Origin: Podarcis bocagei
Lineage: Eukaryota
Reading direction: 5' to 3' (one strand)
DNA length: 64,000 bases
Assembly (NCBI GenBank): GCA_964188305.1
Contig: OZ076889.1
Positions 61,516 to 64,000 of this stretch are shown here, piece by piece. Under the pieces are notes generated by a model. The model was not told the origin of the DNA. It worked only from the letters and a program-made list of their open reading frames with translations, and ran no database searches. Positions within the stretch are counted from its first letter, which is position 1. Every line of letters starts with the position of its first letter. Position numbers and translations under genes: made by a program.

Positions 61516-62361
61516 TGAGTGGGGCCTCTCTGTTGCTGCAACTGCCTCATTGGGTGCACTCCTAGGAGTAGCTGAGAAATGCAGGACCGATACACACATT
61601 TTCCTAACTTGTAGGTGTAGTTTTGACATTCCTTGCCTGACAGTGCCGTGACAGAAGTTGGCTTGTTAAACTAACCAGAGTTTGTTTTAAAACAGGATCC
61701 CTGGCTGAAACATAAAGGCACACCAGGATTCTTCAAAATTGAAACTAGACCCTTTCAACATTGTTCTGCTGGCAGCATTGCAGGCGTGCGCAGTTGCACA
61801 AGTCCAACGCAGTGCTCATTTTGGCTCATCCACAAAGCACTAAACTTAGAGGGGAACTGCTGCTCTGAGTAGGAGACTTCGGTTCAGAACTCCCAACTTG
61901 AAGTGCCATTTCATAAACTAGGCAATGGCTAACCTCGTCACCACCAAGTGCAGACTCAACATGGAGCAGTAGCCAGTATTCACACTTTAATTTTTTAGAC
62001 GGACACATGAAGCATCTTCGGTGTACATTTAAAAAGACATTGAAATATGTTTCCTAACGTTCTTTTGCACAGGAATGTTTAACATCAGGCAGTATGAAGC
62101 ACAAATAAACTCAAACCAAAACGTCAAACCAAAATGAACAATATTACAAGATGTGCACTGAGTGAGAGTGGCTGGGCTTTGGCCATTCTTGATCTAATCT
62201 TTCTTTGCAGCCGCTTTGTGCAAACTGTTCTGTCACCAGCCCTAGAATAATTTGGAAAATAACCACTTTTTTTTTTTTACTTTTTTGTTTAGTCTAGAGC
62301 ATCATCATTACCTAACTTGTTACTTGAAGTAGTTTAATTTCATTGCTATCTGTTTTGACAG

Positions 62362-62453
62362 CTGAATATTATCTTCCTGGTGATCACACTGTACAAAATG
62401 GTGAAGCACTCAAACACTTTGAAACCAGACTCTAGCAGGTTGGAAAACATTAA
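62362..62453 (+). CDS. ADGRL2: ADGRL2 exon, end of TM5 and ICL3 ([30 protein letters not shown])
   Basis: Acceptor tgttttgacag|CTG, donor AA|gtaagt, 92 nt. Hand-translated; not in the ORF track. Confidence 0.96.
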
Positions 62454-63047
62454 GTAAGTGCTTTGTGTTTGAATCAAGAACTGTGATTATTTTTTCTGAT
62501 TGTTCCAACTGATTGAAAGCTCCCCCTTTCCATTAGCAACACAAGGCTTTGTTTCCCAGCACCCACAGATGTCAATTAGAAGTAAACAGCACCAATCCTG
62601 CTCTCGTCATATTTGTTGCTATAATGATACAGGCAACGCTTGAAATTAAATAACTTCTGCTTGGAACAATGGCCAAGAATTTGTTTTGGTGCATTCATGG
62701 AGATTCCTCAGCAATGTAGCAAGTTCATTTGCATTTAAAATGCAGCTCCCAAACGATGTTCCTCTTTGCATGGCTGGTGGTGTTCTGCTGAGTACGTTTC
62801 GTTAAATTATTTTCAGATGCTAGTGATTCTCAGCAGTTTCCCCATTCATAATCCCACTCCCCTAAGAGAATTTGCTTCTACTTCTTTTGTTATCTTGAAG
62901 ATTATCTGTTGCTTTTCATGCAAATTTAACAAATATTTACTTTTATCCTGTGACTACATAAGAATCACAATATTCCCTTTCTTGAAAGTAGCGCAATGGC
63001 TTAATATTCTTAATGAGAATCTTACAGTGGTGGATCATGCTTTAGGT

Positions 63048-63193
63048 CAGAGGTAGGCAAGATAAGATTCCACTGTCCAATTCCAGCCCAAGCATCCATT
63101 ATGTGGGTAAAGGGAAGGAACAGATTTCTGGGAGGGAAGCCTTTGGGTTGGTTGGGTGGGATAAACACTTTGGACTTACATTGCCTACCCCTG
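63048..63193. mobile_element. Short hAT (Charlie-type) MITE
   Basis: TIR CAGAGGTAGGCAA / TTGCCTACCCCTG. TSD ctttaggt / ctttagat (7 of 8 match). Confidence 0.7.
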
Positions 63194-63534
63194 CTTTAGA
63201 TTATTCTATATTTAGACTGGAATTGTTTTGCCAGACTTAAGAGGGACAGGACTTTTCCCCCCTAATCATAAGCACTCTTACTTGGAGGTCAGATCCACTG
63301 ACGTCATTCGTGCTCCCAAGTGAAATGTGCTTAGTAGTGGGCTCTTGAATTGTCTTTGAATGCAGAATATGGCAAGGGCAGATTTGCAACAAAGCTAGCA
63401 TTACAAACTAGAAGTTGCTTAGATAGGTCACAATATCAGCTTCATTGCATGTTGCATGTTAAGAGAGAGAGCTAATCTTTAGCACCTCTCTTTTCTTTCT
63501 TTTCTTCCTCTTTCTGTCTTCTCATCCACACCAG

Positions 63535-63579
63535 TAATTACCGTGTTTGTGATGGCTACTATAATACGGACTTACCTGG
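63535..63579 (+). CDS. ADGRL2: ADGRL2 45-nt cassette exon in ICL3 (N-NYRVCDGYYNTDLPG)
   Basis: Long poly-Y tract, ccacaccag|T...GG|gtaaga. Phase 2/2, open frame; matches the recalled latrophilin-2 ICL3 insert. Confidence 0.92.
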
Positions 63580-63897
63580 GTAAGATAGAACCCTACATTA
63601 ACAAATTTAAAGCATGACTTTTTAATTATTTTTTTAAAAAAACAAAACTTTACAAATTTGGACAATTTTCTGGATTGTCCGTAATTTTAATTAACAACTT
63701 TGGAGATAATCTAATTTGCTAAACTATTTCCAACTATTATATGCTTTTTATTATTTTAAACTGCTTGCGTCTGCACTTTGAATTTTCTAATTTTAACTAA
63801 TTTTTGTATAAAATTACTAAAAATGCTTTCTTATTAATTTCAATTTAAATTCTGTCTAATGATTTTGTTTCTCTTTTCTGCTTATAATGCTTTCTAG

Positions 63898-63924
63898 CTA
63901 TGAAGATAATAAGCCATTTATCAA
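63898..63924 (+). CDS. ADGRL2: ADGRL2 27-nt micro-exon in ICL3 (YEDNKPFIK)
   Basis: aatgctttctag|CTATGAAGATAATAAGCCATTTATCAA|gtaaga. Phase 2/2; matches the recalled latrophilin ICL3 insert. Confidence 0.92.
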
Positions 63925-64000
63925 GTAAGATCATTAGTTAGATGTGGAATGCACTGAATAAACCCCTTTCCCCTTCATTCTGTGCTGTCCTCTGCAATTT

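Larger units (their letters stand above)
6258..63924 (+). other. ADGRL2: ADGRL2 / latrophilin-2 gene, partial (internal exons from lectin domain to intracellular loop 3)
   Basis: Spliced exons give a continuous frame with latrophilin architecture: lectin ([17 protein letters not shown]), olfactomedin, HRM, GAIN with GPS CACSHL|TNFAILM, then 7TM. Segments such as [29 protein letters not shown] and [16 protein letters not shown] match my recollection of ADGRL2 rather than ADGRL1/3. Confidence 0.96.

Overview
Eukaryotic (vertebrate) genomic DNA, very probably a squamate and likely a lacertid lizard; this is inferred from a Sauria-type SINE, Squam-type SINEs and CR1/L2 tails. The whole window lies inside one + strand gene, ADGRL2 (latrophilin-2/LPHN2, an adhesion GPCR). 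I can trace 17 coding exons with canonical AG/GT borders and consistent phases. They run from the end of the rhamnose-binding lectin domain through the olfactomedin, Ser/Thr-rich, HRM and GAIN/GPS regions and TM1-TM5 into intracellular loop 3. Four are small frame-preserving cassette exons of 15/12, 39, 45 and 27 nt. The gene start and TM6-7/C-tail are outside the window. Introns contain non-autonomous DNA transposons (Tc1/mariner-pogo type with TA target duplications, hAT type with 8-bp duplications), SINE/LINE fragments and microsatellites. The most unusual objects are (i) a 1.9-kb GC/CpG-rich TIR element at 49220-51105 filled with a tandem array of ~124-bp hairpin-forming units that has a 370-bp higher-order duplication, (ii) a candidate extra in-frame 48-nt exon in the lectin-olfactomedin linker (15183-15230), and (iii) an isolated near-perfect 71-nt AT-rich hairpin (21274-21344). 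I find no evidence for a prokaryote-type system such as CRISPR, and no second protein-coding gene. Nearly all ORFs in the supplied track are exon read-throughs or noise.
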